DNA from: Azolla caroliniana
Lineage: Eukaryota; Plantae; Polypodiophyta
DNA length: 64,000 bases
Reading direction: 5' to 3'
Assembly: GCA_043228905.1 (NCBI GenBank)
Contig: JBHGNT010000003.1
Location: 8,742,001-8,806,000, forward strand
This document shows, piece by piece, positions 25,599 through 36,870 of the stretch; positions within the stretch are counted from its first letter, which is position 1; every line of letters begins with the position of its first letter. The position numbers and the translations under genes were made by a program. The notes under the pieces were generated by a model. It was given only the letters and a program-made list of their open reading frames with translations, was not told where the DNA came from and searched no databases.

Positions 25599-26255
25599 AA
25601 TGTAGGTTGGATCATCCTTTTCATCTAGTTGTATCACATTTTCAAATGCCCATTTCCCAAGTTTCAGATTTCTCCATTTTTGGCAAGCATCTAGCACTGT
25701 ATGCCACACTGCCAAATCAGCAGGATTCAAGAATAGTCATCTCCTTCATAAAATTTATCATCTTATCGAATTGGCCAACATGGGAAAAAATATTGACCAT
25801 GCAAGTGTAATGTTGGATTCTTGGAGTAATGCCATTATGATAGACTGTATTCATCATCTCAAAATACATTTGCGCCTTGTCCAGCAGACCAGAGTGACTG
25901 CATATATTAAGCACAATCATGAATGTGACATCATCTAGGTTTACCCTCTCTCTTATCATTTTGTTAAACAAATCTAGCACCATTTCATCCTCCCCAAATT
26001 GGGAATATCCGGTCAGTAGTTGGTTCCATGCCATTGTATTTCGAACCTTAAGACCATCAAAGACCTTTCGTGCTTTCACAAGCAAACCACACTTGGCATA
26101 CATTTGCACCAATTCATTGCCAACTAAAACATTATCTCCTAAAAACCCATCACAATCAATCTCAAAATGTAAATCTTGCCCTTTGTCAATCTCTCTTATG
26201 CTACTACAAGCTTTCAAGATGCAAGCATAGGTAACTACATTTGGAGAAAAACTCT
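25599..26255 (-). pseudogene. PLS-class PPR protein fragment with E domain
   Basis: PNVVTYACILKAC, MYAKCGLLVKARKVFD, ICSHSGLLDKA, HYTCMV, VWHTVLDAC...LGKWAFENVIQLDEKD. Contains frameshifts. Confidence 0.9.
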
Positions 26256-26395
26256 TAGGCTCTATGGAGCATTATAGGCAGAGTTTAAGGGCATGATGAT
26301 TGTTGATTTTGAAGCTATATGGTTCATGTGAATTCTTAACTTTATTATGAAAATCTCATGTATGAATGAAACACGTCAAGGTACACTAACATTAC

Positions 26396-26530
26396 ATGTA
26401 TGGTAAGTATGGGTGCTTGAAAGAGGCATATAAACTTTTTGAGTGTGTGATGATGCCAAATTTAAACTTGTGGAATGCGATAATGGCAGCATATGCCCAT
26501 AATGAACATGCATGTTTTCTTACCATTCTT
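26396..26530 (+). pseudogene. Second short PPR fragment in the opposite orientation
   Basis: MYGKYGCLKEAYKLFECVMMPNLNLWNAIMAAYA is an S/P-motif-like junction. Confidence 0.7.
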
Positions 26531-26929
26531 TGTGCATATAAAATAACAGCCTATTTCTCTCATCTCATCTCTATGCATGTCCATCTCTTGTGTTGCTTAA
26601 GCTGTCATTTGTGTACATACAAGTCTTCTTGGCATAATTTCATCATTTTCATGAGGCTAATTCGATCTTTTTGGCATATCCCATGTAATTATGATTATGC
26701 AAATTTGATAAGAATATGCATGCACATGGCTTATAGGGTATGATAAAGAATATGGGGTAGATGTGTGTATGCAATATAACCATTTTAATTAATAAGAGGA
26801 TGTATATAGGAGTCATGGTCATGGTAGTTACTATCTTATGGAAAAATTATGTTTATTAGATACAACATTAAATGGAATCATCTTCTCAAATTCATGCAAC
26901 AATGGACTCATCGTCAATTAATGTTAGCC

Positions 26930-28720
26930 ATGGGCCAACAAGCACATCAAGAAAAAGGCAATGTATATTGGACAGATGCTCACATCATATCATATATGGA
27001 TAATGGCACACCTCGACGACGATGCCATCATTATCATGTTTGTTGGTCTTCAACAACATCCACAGGTACTATAGCTAAGCATTTAGCAAAAAAGCGTCAT
27101 CTATCAAACGATCCAAATCAAAATTCAGGTATTTCAAAGTCTATTCAATCTTCTATAGAGTCTACTAAAGTATCTCGTGTTTTAGAGAAGAAAATCGATG
27201 GTGCCATCACGAAGTATATTGTCAAGGGAACTTTGCCCCATGCACATGTGGAATCAAATTTAAAGAGTTCATACAACAACTTGTACCTGGATATCAGATG
27301 AAGACAAGGCACACACTTAAACGTTCCATCTTAGAAATGTATGTGGTGTTGCACCATCAAGTGATAGATTTATTATCGAAAAGCCAATCAAGATTTTCTA
27401 TTACTTTTGATGGTTGGTCAAATAGTAGTCTAAAGGGCTTCTACTCGGTGACAGTTCATTGGGCATGTCATGAGACAGCAAGATCAAGGTCAATGCTATT
27501 GGATTTTGTGCATGTATTTCCAAGTGTTGGATGAGGGAAACGTTGTGCACATGCCCTCTTTTGTCAACCTTGACCTTTTGATATCTCAAGTCGTTTATTA
27601 GCTACAATTTTTTATGGAGCTAGTGATGCACAAGCGGTTACCAAAGAGTTGAGCATGTTGTTACAAAATGAAAATGGTAAGGAAATTTTGGCTCCCTCAC
27701 ATATGTTAAGGTGTATGGTGCACACTTTTCAATTGGGCATCAAGTCAACATTAGAGGTTATCTCATCCTCAACAGCAATGTTGAGAACAGTGCTCCATAC
27801 TATTAGATCTGGCAAGCTTCGAAGGGAAGTGTTTAGGAAGTATGCTAGGATGGTTGAACATCGTGAAATGGAAACCCCAAGGCTTGATGTTGTTACAAGA
27901 TGGAATTCTACTTTGGAAATGTTTAGACAAGCTATCACAGTTAGAGATATATGGAATTTTACAATTTTAGATAGACTAACAATTTCAAGTGATTTCAATG
28001 GTTATGTCTTGACCAGAGAAGATTGGAATCACAAACATGCTATGGAGGAATGACTAGATACATCTGCAAAGGTTTCTACCTTTCTAGGAGGATCAAGATA
28101 TCCCACATTATCACTAGCATCGCTAGGTTATAATTGTTTGCTAAATCATTGTAATCAGTTTTTAGATTCTTCACTTCCAGGATCATCTAGATTCACACAA
28201 GAGGTGCTTCAAAAAGTGTCTGAGAACTACTTATAATATTTATTTAAGTATCAAGAATTGTTAAAGTCTATTCCATCTCGCATTGCAATGTTTCTTGATC
28301 CCAAGTAATAATTTCCGTTATGTCTTACAATTGTCTTCATGCTTTCTGATATTTTATTAGAGTTTAATAATATTGTCGAGCCATCTTCAACCACAATACA
28401 ACCAATTGATAATAACTCTAAATTTTGGAGGTTAATGGGTGTACATAATAAAAGTCTTGTTTCTAATTCATGATCAAAAATTGAGAAATTCATAAGGCTT
28501 CCTTTAGCGAGCACAGAAAAAGATTCTTTACAATGGTGGCATGATAATAAATCTGCAAATTATGCCACAACTATATAGGATGACATGTGATTACCTTGCT
28601 ATAGCAGCAGCATCAGTACTTGCTCAAGAGACTAATTCAGTAGCAAAAATGACCTTTGATGACATGATCAAACTACATTCATGCACATTCAAGGCCGAAA
28701 TGTGTATTCGATGATGGATG
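26930..28720 (+). pseudogene. Decayed hAT transposase
   Basis: BED-like finger remnant (STGTIAKHL), FSITFDGWS, RCMVHTFQL (CxxH), DVVTRWNST, and a dimerisation-domain remnant (QWWH...DYLAIAAASV). Confidence 0.88.
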
Positions 28721-30280
28721 GAAGTTTTGCAAGAATCTGATGTTCGGATAACATATAACTTTCACATGGCTTAATATGAAAAACTAAAATTTAATCTAGA
28801 TGATCTTGTTGGTGAATACAAGGTAATAGATTACATGTTACGTGATAATCATGGGAGATAAGGTGTGCATTCTTTTTATTGCATTCTTAAGTTTTATTTT
28901 ATTTTTTATTACTAGTTTCTTACTTATTTTATGTTTTTTATATGTACATGGTACAAGAATCATGATACTTTTTCACAAGTCCATGAAATGCAAGGTGCAA
29001 TTGGAGATCCTTGAAGACATTGTAATTTTTTAGTGCATACTTTTTACGATTTTGTTTTTATTTGATTCTTTAATGTTTTTATTACTAATTACTTCTTTTA
29101 CATATTTTATACTTCCAGGAATCTGTAATTCAAGCTGAAAGTAAACATTGGAAACTAGAAGAGGAGTGTTCGTTTATGTAGAGGTTTTTCACATTTTTCT
29201 TATTTTGTTCACATTGTTGTAGATAGTAGATACAAACGTAATGCAGACTTGAACTCTACACGATCGATTGTTGGTCATAAGCTCTAGGATTTCATTCCAA
29301 AAAACTTTTCGTTTTTGTGTATTATCTAAACAATCTCCACAAAACTTTAATTTCAGAAAATGTGGTATAAATTTCTATTTATTATGATATTCTTCTTCAA
29401 AAAGCATGGAAAATGTGTAAATTTCTGTTTTTCTTTCTTTGAGTTTTCAACAATTCCGATAAAAATTACTCGTTTCACGAGGATCAGGATAGAATCGGCG
29501 TACAACTCCTCCCATTCATTCTGTTTATTATTATTTATCTTTGGTTCTGTTTTTTATGTTTATCTAACCTCTACTTTTGTTTATTATGTCTAACTAATCT
29601 CTAGTTTTGTTTTTCTTTCTCTGATTCGTTTTGTTTATTATTATTTATCTTTGGTTCTATTTTTTATGTCTATCTAACCTCTACTTTTGTTTATTATGTT
29701 CAGTGTTGGGCAAAGTTTTTAACCCCTACCGGAAATTTTCCTGCTGCTTGTGATCCTAACCGGAAATTAAAAATTTTAACCGGCCACTTTCCTACAAGTG
29801 ATAATGTCAACCGGAACATGTTAATTTTTTTTTTACCACATACCAAATTTTTTTAGCACATGTATGATGCAAGAACCATATGGGCTTTAAGATGCCCCAT
29901 GTACATATGCACATAGAGAGTCCACTAATCATTATGTTGTCCTAAATATACATATAGCAAACTATCCACCCCACATGAGATCATTTGAGTTCAATTGACA
30001 AAACCCTCCCCCTTTGATTATAGAAGCATTGTTACATCAGTCAAAAACAATGCCAACACCACTAAACCCATACAGGTGAGTATACCTTTAAGTGAAAAGG
30101 ATAATCTCTACGATATGAGTAATGACATACAAGTCCAAGCATCCAAAACTTAGTCGTATGTCCATATTAGCATGTTACTATCACAACTCCACAAACAAGG
30201 GTCATGTAACTTGAATTTCAGCAAATAAATTACCAGTTGTCTTGTATGTGATATCAGATTGGCAATGATAGGAATATTAC

Positions 30281-30828
30281 CTCTCTTAACATGGAAAAGT
30301 GTATTTCATGGTTTGCAAGAGCCAACATTATAAGATCAGCATCCTGCTCAATTTCTAGAGTGTCAAAGATGTTATACTAGAGACAGTTGATAACAATGAA
30401 AACCATTTTTATTTCATGTACAGTAGAAAATACATAGAAGTCCATACAAACAATGGAAAGTATTGGAAGCAAAGCCACGAAGATTTCTCTCCAAGCAAAT
30501 GTATGACATGACTTTATGCTCCCCTTCACCTAGGGAGTTTGCATCAACAAAATAACATAAGATGTAGAAATACTACAGGGTGGGAACAACATGTGATGGT
30601 CATGCTATTTAGCTAGTAGACCCTAGGTTCCTACTTTGATCTGACGCCATCCAGGATCATGATTGAGTCAAAGGTGTATATAGTATCAAAGAGTAACTGC
30701 CAAACTGTCCATGAAAGGAGTCCCTGGTGTGATTACATTTGAATCACAAGCTTCAGACTTCTCCTTGGGAGGAATAATTCGACCTTCCGCCTCAAATTCC
30801 CTGCCCAATCTTTCTTCTTTGGTAGCCT
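30281..30828 (-). pseudogene. XRN3: XRN2/XRN3-like 5'-3' exoribonuclease fragment, three exons with introns
   Basis: Exon ~30828-30635: [31 protein letters not shown]...LNHDPGWRQIK. Exon ~30556-30438: [16 protein letters not shown]...HCLYGL. Exon 30343-30281: DADLIMLALANHEIHFSMLRE with AG/GT borders. Contains stops. Confidence 0.88.
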
Positions 30829-31161
30829 TGATCAAACATGGTAGATTATAATTAATCAGAACACAGTAAAAATTCTATCAGTCCCTATTTTCAAACAACA
30901 TGCACAGGCAAGATAATCCTGTATTTTAAAAAATCACCTTCATTTAGTCTATACTACAACTTGATTCTCATAAAACAAATATAATTGTATTACATTGACA
31001 TAGACCCATCATTGTAAGTGTGCAATATCCCCTCCACGAATTGATTAGCGAGATTCATGAAATGGAATGAATTGAACTTAAGAGCCAATATCTCTACATA
31101 TACACCATATCAAGTGAAACTAATAAAAGAAAGCTAGATAGGGGAATGATATGATACTCAC

Positions 31162-31733
31162 CCGAGTCAAACTCAAGAGCCAAGTAGCTGATGTAGACCT
31201 CGTTGATGATACAAAAGAAACAACGACTCTAATTTTGCTCTCGTTCAAATCAATAGATAAAAAATCATTAAGTTCAATTTATCTTCCCCAAAAGAACTTG
31301 TTTTTTAAATTAATGCATATTCTTTAATTGATGATTTTGAACATGCAAAATTAAACTTTCACTTTCTAGGCATTACCTTTTATGAACATCCACATATTCA
31401 TCTGTCTCATCATCAATCTCTTCTGGCATTATTATTAACCCCCAAAGGGGCATGAGATTAAAGAAACAATGCAACCCATAGTCGAGAATCGAGATGTATG
31501 TGCAAACTGCTTGGAGTTTAATACACTAATGAATTAGCCCCATTAAGGCAACCACGAAAACATACATCTAATGGTTTGACGAGTCGAGGGTTCCTTCTGC
31601 ATTTGCGTGGATCGGAAGGCTATTAAACATCTGATAATCTCCACAACATGAGTACAAACAGATGACCTTGTGTCCCACATCATTGTTATGCAATTGACAC
31701 AGAGACAACAGATTAGATCAATCCCCATATTAA
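31162..31733 (-). pseudogene. Possible second captured spliced gene fragment, unidentified
   Basis: Exon-like blocks with AG/GT borders splice to ...LWGLIIMPEEIDDETDEYVDVHKR|VVVSFVSSTRSTSATWLLSLTR, with stops upstream. Family not recognised. Confidence 0.4.
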
Positions 31734-32131
31734 CTGCACAAAAGATCAAAATGCATAAATAGAGTTGATGATAAACGACTTAAGCACAAAAAACCCAACC
31801 AAACGACTTAAGCACAAACCTTGAAAACAAAACACACTATTCGCGAAGAGGTAATACAAACATAGGAAAAGAGAGGGGAAACAGGGGGAAAGATGGATTC
31901 GAGAGTTTGGAAACAGGGGGGAAACATGGAAAAGAGGGGGGGAAAAGACTCAAGAGGGATTGGATAGTGTAGGGAAACATGGGAAAACAAACAAAATGTG
32001 GGGGAAACAGAAAGAAAGACGGAAAGAAAGTGGGAGGGGGAAATACGAGATAGATAGATAGATAAATAGATAGATTATATTATCGTCTTCGGAGATCAAA
32101 TATGACCTATGAGACCAAAAAATATTACATT

Positions 32132-35100
32132 TCACGTGATACGTGTGAAAGTGAGTAGTGACTCTCGATGTTCAAGAACTTTACCAATGAATGTTGCAAT
32201 CGAGAGTGCACATTGTGGTTGTGAGAGGAATTCATGCAAAGATTGGGCTCGATCGAAGAGATGTGGAAAGCATGGTCGAATATGATCAAAGGCAGAGCAT
32301 TGTATCAAAGTGTGATACTCAGACTCGCGAACTTGTTTAGGGCAAAGTGTGCATAGCCGACCACTCTCATCACTTGTACCCCAACGCCCTGTTTCACATC
32401 GCAATGCATGTGAGCTAAGTCGCATGGAAGCAATGGTTCGAATGGCAGATAACGGTATGGGCTCTAACATGTATGGATGTGTACGATTTCCCCGTTCCGC
32501 AAAGAATATGGTTTTGTAGTTAGGTGCAACATGTGTAGTATAATGTGTGAAGCGTGAGCCTCCACATTTGTCCCATGTCATGATACATTGGCGTTGCAAA
32601 AATGCCTCATTTACAGAGGAATCTAATGATGCATCATGAAGCAAGTGTCTCGCATCCCATCTACCAAACCATTTTTCTATATCTTGCATCCAACCGGAAC
32701 ACAAAATTTTGCTTTTATGCGTCTTTTGGATCTTTTTGCTTGCTTCCCACGCAATTCTAGGAAGTCGATGTGAGGGACTTTTTTGAACCTTAAGCATGTA
32801 TTCAACAACCCTTTCCATGGCCATGATCTCAATGGGAAGCGATCCCGTCTCAAGGAGGAGGGTGTAGGGCGTTTGTTTCTTAACTTGTAGAAACTTGGTA
32901 AGAAAATGCTTTTGGACATTTTCAAAATCTTTCCACATAGACTTAGGGATGCTACCGCCCCATACTTCCACCCCATAGAGAAGAACTGGTGTCACCAAAG
33001 TGTCAAAAAGATATTTCTTGAGGACCCAACACTTAATATCTCCAAGATTGCATGTGTTCTCAAATGCATAGTATGCTCGTTTGCCCGCCTCTAAGCGGCG
33101 TGTAGCACATTCATTCCATCTATGATTTGAAGGAACTTCAAGGCCAAGATATTTGAAGCTTTCCACACATTCAAGTGGCTCATTGTTGTACATAATGCAT
33201 GGTTTATCTCTTTTTTGGCTCTTCACAAGCATAATCTTTGTTTTAGAGCTATTGACACTTAATTTAGTATGCATGCAAAATTTTTCCAATGCCTTCATAA
33301 GCTTTTGTGCATCTCCTAAAGTATTTGCAAAAAGCACTACGTCATCTGCATATAGCAAAAGCATAATCACAACATTCCCAATGGCAACTTCTTCAACACA
33401 TTCTTCCTTTGCAAACTTGGTAACCATTTCTTCCAATTCATCAATGCATAGACCAAATAGTGTTGGTGAGAGTGGGCATCCTTGCTTAACACCAATAGTG
33501 CTTTTGAAAAAATCTGAAAGTTTATCTTTCATGCGCACACAACATATAACCTTCTCATAAATTCGGGAAATTGCAAGCATATATTCACTTGGCACCTCAA
33601 GTTCTTTCATTCGCCTCCAAAGATGCTCACGAGGTACCATATCAAAAGCTTTCTTGAAGTCTACAAAGCAACAATATAAACCTTTACCTCTAAGGCGACT
33701 TTCCTCCATTAATACTCGAAGGGTGATAAGGTGATCAATGGTGCTATGGTGTTTCCGAAAGCCAGCTTGTCCATAAGCTCTCTTACCACTTTTTTCAGCC
33801 CATACACTTATCTTTGATTCCATTATACATCCAAATAGTTTTGCCATTAATGAGCCAACCATGATGGTTCGATAATTGTTTACATTATTTATATCTCCAC
33901 CTTTATGTAAAGGTTTGATCCAATTTGTAGTCCAATCGTACGGCATACCATGTTGCAATGCATCATTAAACATATCGCTTATCCATATATGTGCTTTCTT
34001 TCCCGTCCATTTGAGCATTTCAGCCTTTATACATTGAAGATCGCTTGCCTTTCGAGAGGCCAATTTCTTAAGTCCTATGCATATATCTTCAATTGTAAAG
34101 AAGGAAGGCATATGTGAAAGAGAACCATAACACATCATCTTTCCGGCAAGAGATAACTCATATAAATTCTTACAATGCATAGACAAGTCGTGAAGAGTTA
34201 AGTCACCATAACTCTCAACACGTTTTCCCTTTAGATTTCCCCAAAATTTAGCACATGCATGTGCTTTCTCTTGCGTTTGGATAAATTGTTGAGTAACTTC
34301 CCATATTCTTCTCTTTCTTTGAATAAGCCTTTTATACTCATGCAAATGCTTTTGGTAATTCTCTTTATCCTTAACTACATCCAAAACCATAAGGCACTTT
34401 CGAGCTTCACGACATTCTTTATCAAACCATTTTTTCCTAAGTTTCTTGGTGCATTTCCAAGATGTGCGGTTGGTCGAAAAACATTTGTTTGTACATGAGA
34501 GAATGACTTTCTTGAAAGCTTCCCATTTGCATTCTAGTGTGGCACCATGTTGTATCTTTGTCATTTGTAACATATCCTCAACCATCTTGGAATACATGGG
34601 TGCTCGCTTAAGGTTCGTGCTCAAGTGCGGTTGTTTATTATCTTCAATAGCCTTCTCACAATCAAACCTATGCATACATTTGAGATCAATACATAAAGGC
34701 CTATGATCTGATTCCGGTGTCCATTCACCAAGTGAGAATTTATGTATACGATCCAAAATACCTTCGGAAAGTAGCACATAATCAATCACACTATTTCCGT
34801 TGTATTTTCTACATGTAAAACCATTAGTGTTGGGCCATAAGGAAATACCATTTGCAATAAGCAATCCGGTACTATTGCACATTTGTAGGAGTAGTTTCCC
34901 AAATTGGTCCGGATCTTTTTCATCGCTAGAAGAGCGGTTATACATTTGCATATCCTCTTGCATCCTTGAGATATGTGGCATGAAAGATTCTTGTGAATCA
35001 AGTTGGAAACTTCTTGTACGAGCATTCATGTCACCAAAGACAATAACTTCCCCTTTGGATTTGAAATAAGCAATATCATCTTCTAGATTGGCAAACGGTT

Positions 35101-35503
35101 GATCTTTATCCAAACAAGCATAAAAGTTAGAATCTTGATGAGGAATGTAACATCCAACAACAAAAGTGGGCAAATCATTAGGTGTTTCTATTTTGAGCCA
35201 TATGTAGCATTTATTTTCATCATTTTTTATGATTGACACATATTTCTCTATTTCCTTCTTAATCAAACATGCCACCCCTCCTTGTCCTCTTCTTTGTCTT
35301 GGATTTTTCTTCCATATCAAAGAGTGTACATTATAGTTTCCTAAACCTTGAATCCTTTGAGTATCATGCTCCCATGTTTCAACAAGAAGTGTGATATCCG
35401 AGTCATTGGTGAACTCCTCTATGCCAAATCCCGCATTCCATGGGTATCCATTGCAATTCCAAAAGCATAGTCGTAAAAGGCGTGGGTTAGTCTCATAGAT
35501 CAC
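32132..35503 (-). CDS. LINE ORF2: APE endonuclease, RT and C-terminal Cys/His motif
   Basis: FWNCNG, LVETW, GDMNAR, IDY, SDH; QAGFR, FVDFKKAFD, GVKQGCPLSP, YADD; LRCETGRW...RLCTLC...ESEYHTLIQC. Confidence 0.93.
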   Translation of the reverse strand: MIYETNPRLLRLCFWNCNGYPWNAGFGIEEFTNDSDITLLVETWEHDTQRIQGLGNYNVHSLIWKKNPRQRRGQGGVACLIKKEIEKYVSIIKNDENKCYIWLKIETPNDLPTFVVGCYIPHQDSNFYACLDKDQPFANLEDDIAYFKSKGEVIVFGDMNARTRSFQLDSQESFMPHISRMQEDMQMYNRSSSDEKDPDQFGKLLLQMCNSTGLLIANGISLWPNTNGFTCRKYNGNSVIDYVLLSEGILDRIHKFSLGEWTPESDHRPLCIDLKCMHRFDCEKAIEDNKQPHLSTNLKRAPMYSKMVEDMLQMTKIQHGATLECKWEAFKKVILSCTNKCFSTNRTSWKCTKKLRKKWFDKECREARKCLMVLDVVKDKENYQKHLHEYKRLIQRKRRIWEVTQQFIQTQEKAHACAKFWGNLKGKRVESYGDLTLHDLSMHCKNLYELSLAGKMMCYGSLSHMPSFFTIEDICIGLKKLASRKASDLQCIKAEMLKWTGKKAHIWISDMFNDALQHGMPYDWTTNWIKPLHKGGDINNVNNYRTIMVGSLMAKLFGCIMESKISVWAEKSGKRAYGQAGFRKHHSTIDHLITLRVLMEESRLRGKGLYCCFVDFKKAFDMVPREHLWRRMKELEVPSEYMLAISRIYEKVICCVRMKDKLSDFFKSTIGVKQGCPLSPTLFGLCIDELEEMVTKFAKEECVEEVAIGNVVIMLLLYADDVVLFANTLGDAQKLMKALEKFCMHTKLSVNSSKTKIMLVKSQKRDKPCIMYNNEPLECVESFKYLGLEVPSNHRWNECATRRLEAGKRAYYAFENTCNLGDIKCWVLKKYLFDTLVTPVLLYGVEVWGGSIPKSMWKDFENVQKHFLTKFLQVKKQTPYTLLLETGSLPIEIMAMERVVEYMLKVQKSPSHRLPRIAWEASKKIQKTHKSKILCSGWMQDIEKWFGRWDARHLLHDASLDSSVNEAFLQRQCIMTWDKCGGSRFTHYTTHVAPNYKTIFFAERGNRTHPYMLEPIPLSAIRTIASMRLSSHALRCETGRWGTSDESGRLCTLCPKQVRESEYHTLIQCSAFDHIRPCFPHLFDRAQSLHEFLSQPQCALSIATFIGKVLEHRESLLTFTRIT

Positions 35504-35509
35504 GTGTCC

Positions 35510-36379
35510 CTATTTGCCTACATTTCCATCTTTAGGCACATCCTTAACCTTGTTTTTCAATCTTTCTTCATATGCTTTACGACGAGCATTTTGTTGTGAG
35601 ATAGTACGATCTTCACTCACAAAGCATTGTGTACCTTTGAGGTATACCCAACTATTTTCGAGTATGATTCGCCGCTTTGTATCATCTGTCATTGTGCATA
35701 CAATAGGCCTTTCTCCGGAGCGAGTAACACCATGTTTCCCAACTCGGTGTGCCCCATATACATTCACATCTGACATCCCATAATGCATGCTAAAAAATTC
35801 ACCAATGGCCTTTCCAAGGGATGCGGGTGTTTCCATACTCTCTTCTTTAATCCCACGGACGACAATGTTCTTTGATCGTCGTTCGCGTTCTTTCAATTCT
35901 CGGACATCTATGCTTTCTATATTCTTCTCTTGATGCATCACATGCATATTAGATGAGTTTGATAACACATCCCCACCACATACATCGGCCCATGACTTCG
36001 TTGTACATACATTTTTCATCTCACTTACATCCCGCCTCATCGTATCCAATTTTTCTTCTTTTAATGCTTCCTTTAACTCAATCTTGTTAAGGCGCTCATT
36101 TGTTTCAAATGAAGCTCTTTTACATTCTTGAATCTCTTCTTGAAGTTTTGCAACCACTTGTTTAAGACTTTCATTCTCAATGACAACACTTTGGAGCTTA
36201 GTATTCTCTTTCATTAACATCCTAATCTCTTCACCTTGCTTGTTTATGGTTTCTTGAAGAGAAATCAAGTGACTCATAAGCATTTTGTCCATTGCATTAG
36301 AATCGAGATTTGTTGGTGATCTCGGCTCATTATCAATCATACCCCCAAACTTTGCGGCGGTTTTACGAGTATTTGCCAT
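35510..36379 (-). CDS. LINE ORF1 (coiled coil plus RRM-like domain)
   Basis: Heptad-rich N-terminal half; RERRSKNIVVRGIKEE, AHRVG, RPIV, FVSEDRT motifs typical of LINE ORF1p. Confidence 0.85.
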   Translation of the reverse strand: MANTRKTAAKFGGMIDNEPRSPTNLDSNAMDKMLMSHLISLQETINKQGEEIRMLMKENTKLQSVVIENESLKQVVAKLQEEIQECKRASFETNERLNKIELKEALKEEKLDTMRRDVSEMKNVCTTKSWADVCGGDVLSNSSNMHVMHQEKNIESIDVRELKERERRSKNIVVRGIKEESMETPASLGKAIGEFFSMHYGMSDVNVYGAHRVGKHGVTRSGERPIVCTMTDDTKRRIILENSWVYLKGTQCFVSEDRTISQQNARRKAYEERLKNKVKDVPKDGNVGK

Positions 36380-36536
36380 TGTAGGGACAAACCGTAAGGG
36401 AAAAGAGAGACAAAGAGGGAAGGAGAGAGAATGTACCTTTCACTCGATTTAGGGCTTCAAAATCTACCTTCCGTTTGAGGAACCGTGGGGCAAAGATGGC
36501 TGCGGATGAAAATGCTCATAACTTCTCGCCACGGTA

Positions 36537-36870
36537 ACGAGAGAGAGGCAGAGAGTGACAGACACTGTGTATGTGTGTAGTAGAGAGAGAGAGAGAGAGA
36601 GAGAGAATTACTTTTTTTTAACTTTTTTTGTATACGAGAGAGAGGGAGAGAGTGACAGACACTCTGTGTGTAGTAGAGAGAGAGAGAGAGAGAATTACTT
36701 TTTTTTTATACGAGAGAGAGGGAGAGAGTGACAGACACTTTGTGTGTGTAGTAGAGAGAGAGAGAGAGAATTACTTTTTTTTTATACGAGAAAGAGGGAG
36801 AGAGTGACAAACACTATGTGTGTGTAGTAGAGAGAGAGAGAGAGAGTTACTTTTTTATTACTTTTTTTTG
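36537..36870. repeat. ~60-bp tandem array with (GA)n in the hAT2 subterminus
   Basis: GAGAGTGACAGACACT...GTAGTAGAGAGAG...AATTACTTTTT repeated four times. Confidence 0.8.

Larger units (their letters stand above)
32048..36400 (-). mobile_element. Apparently intact non-LTR retrotransposon (LINE, RTE-X-like)
   Basis: ORF1 plus ORF2, short 3' UTR ending in an (ATCT)n tail. The 5' boundary is approximate. Confidence 0.9.

Noticed and set aside
32000-36540. TSD for the LINE
   Set aside because: No matching direct repeat was found in the purine-rich flanks, so the 5' end is left approximate.
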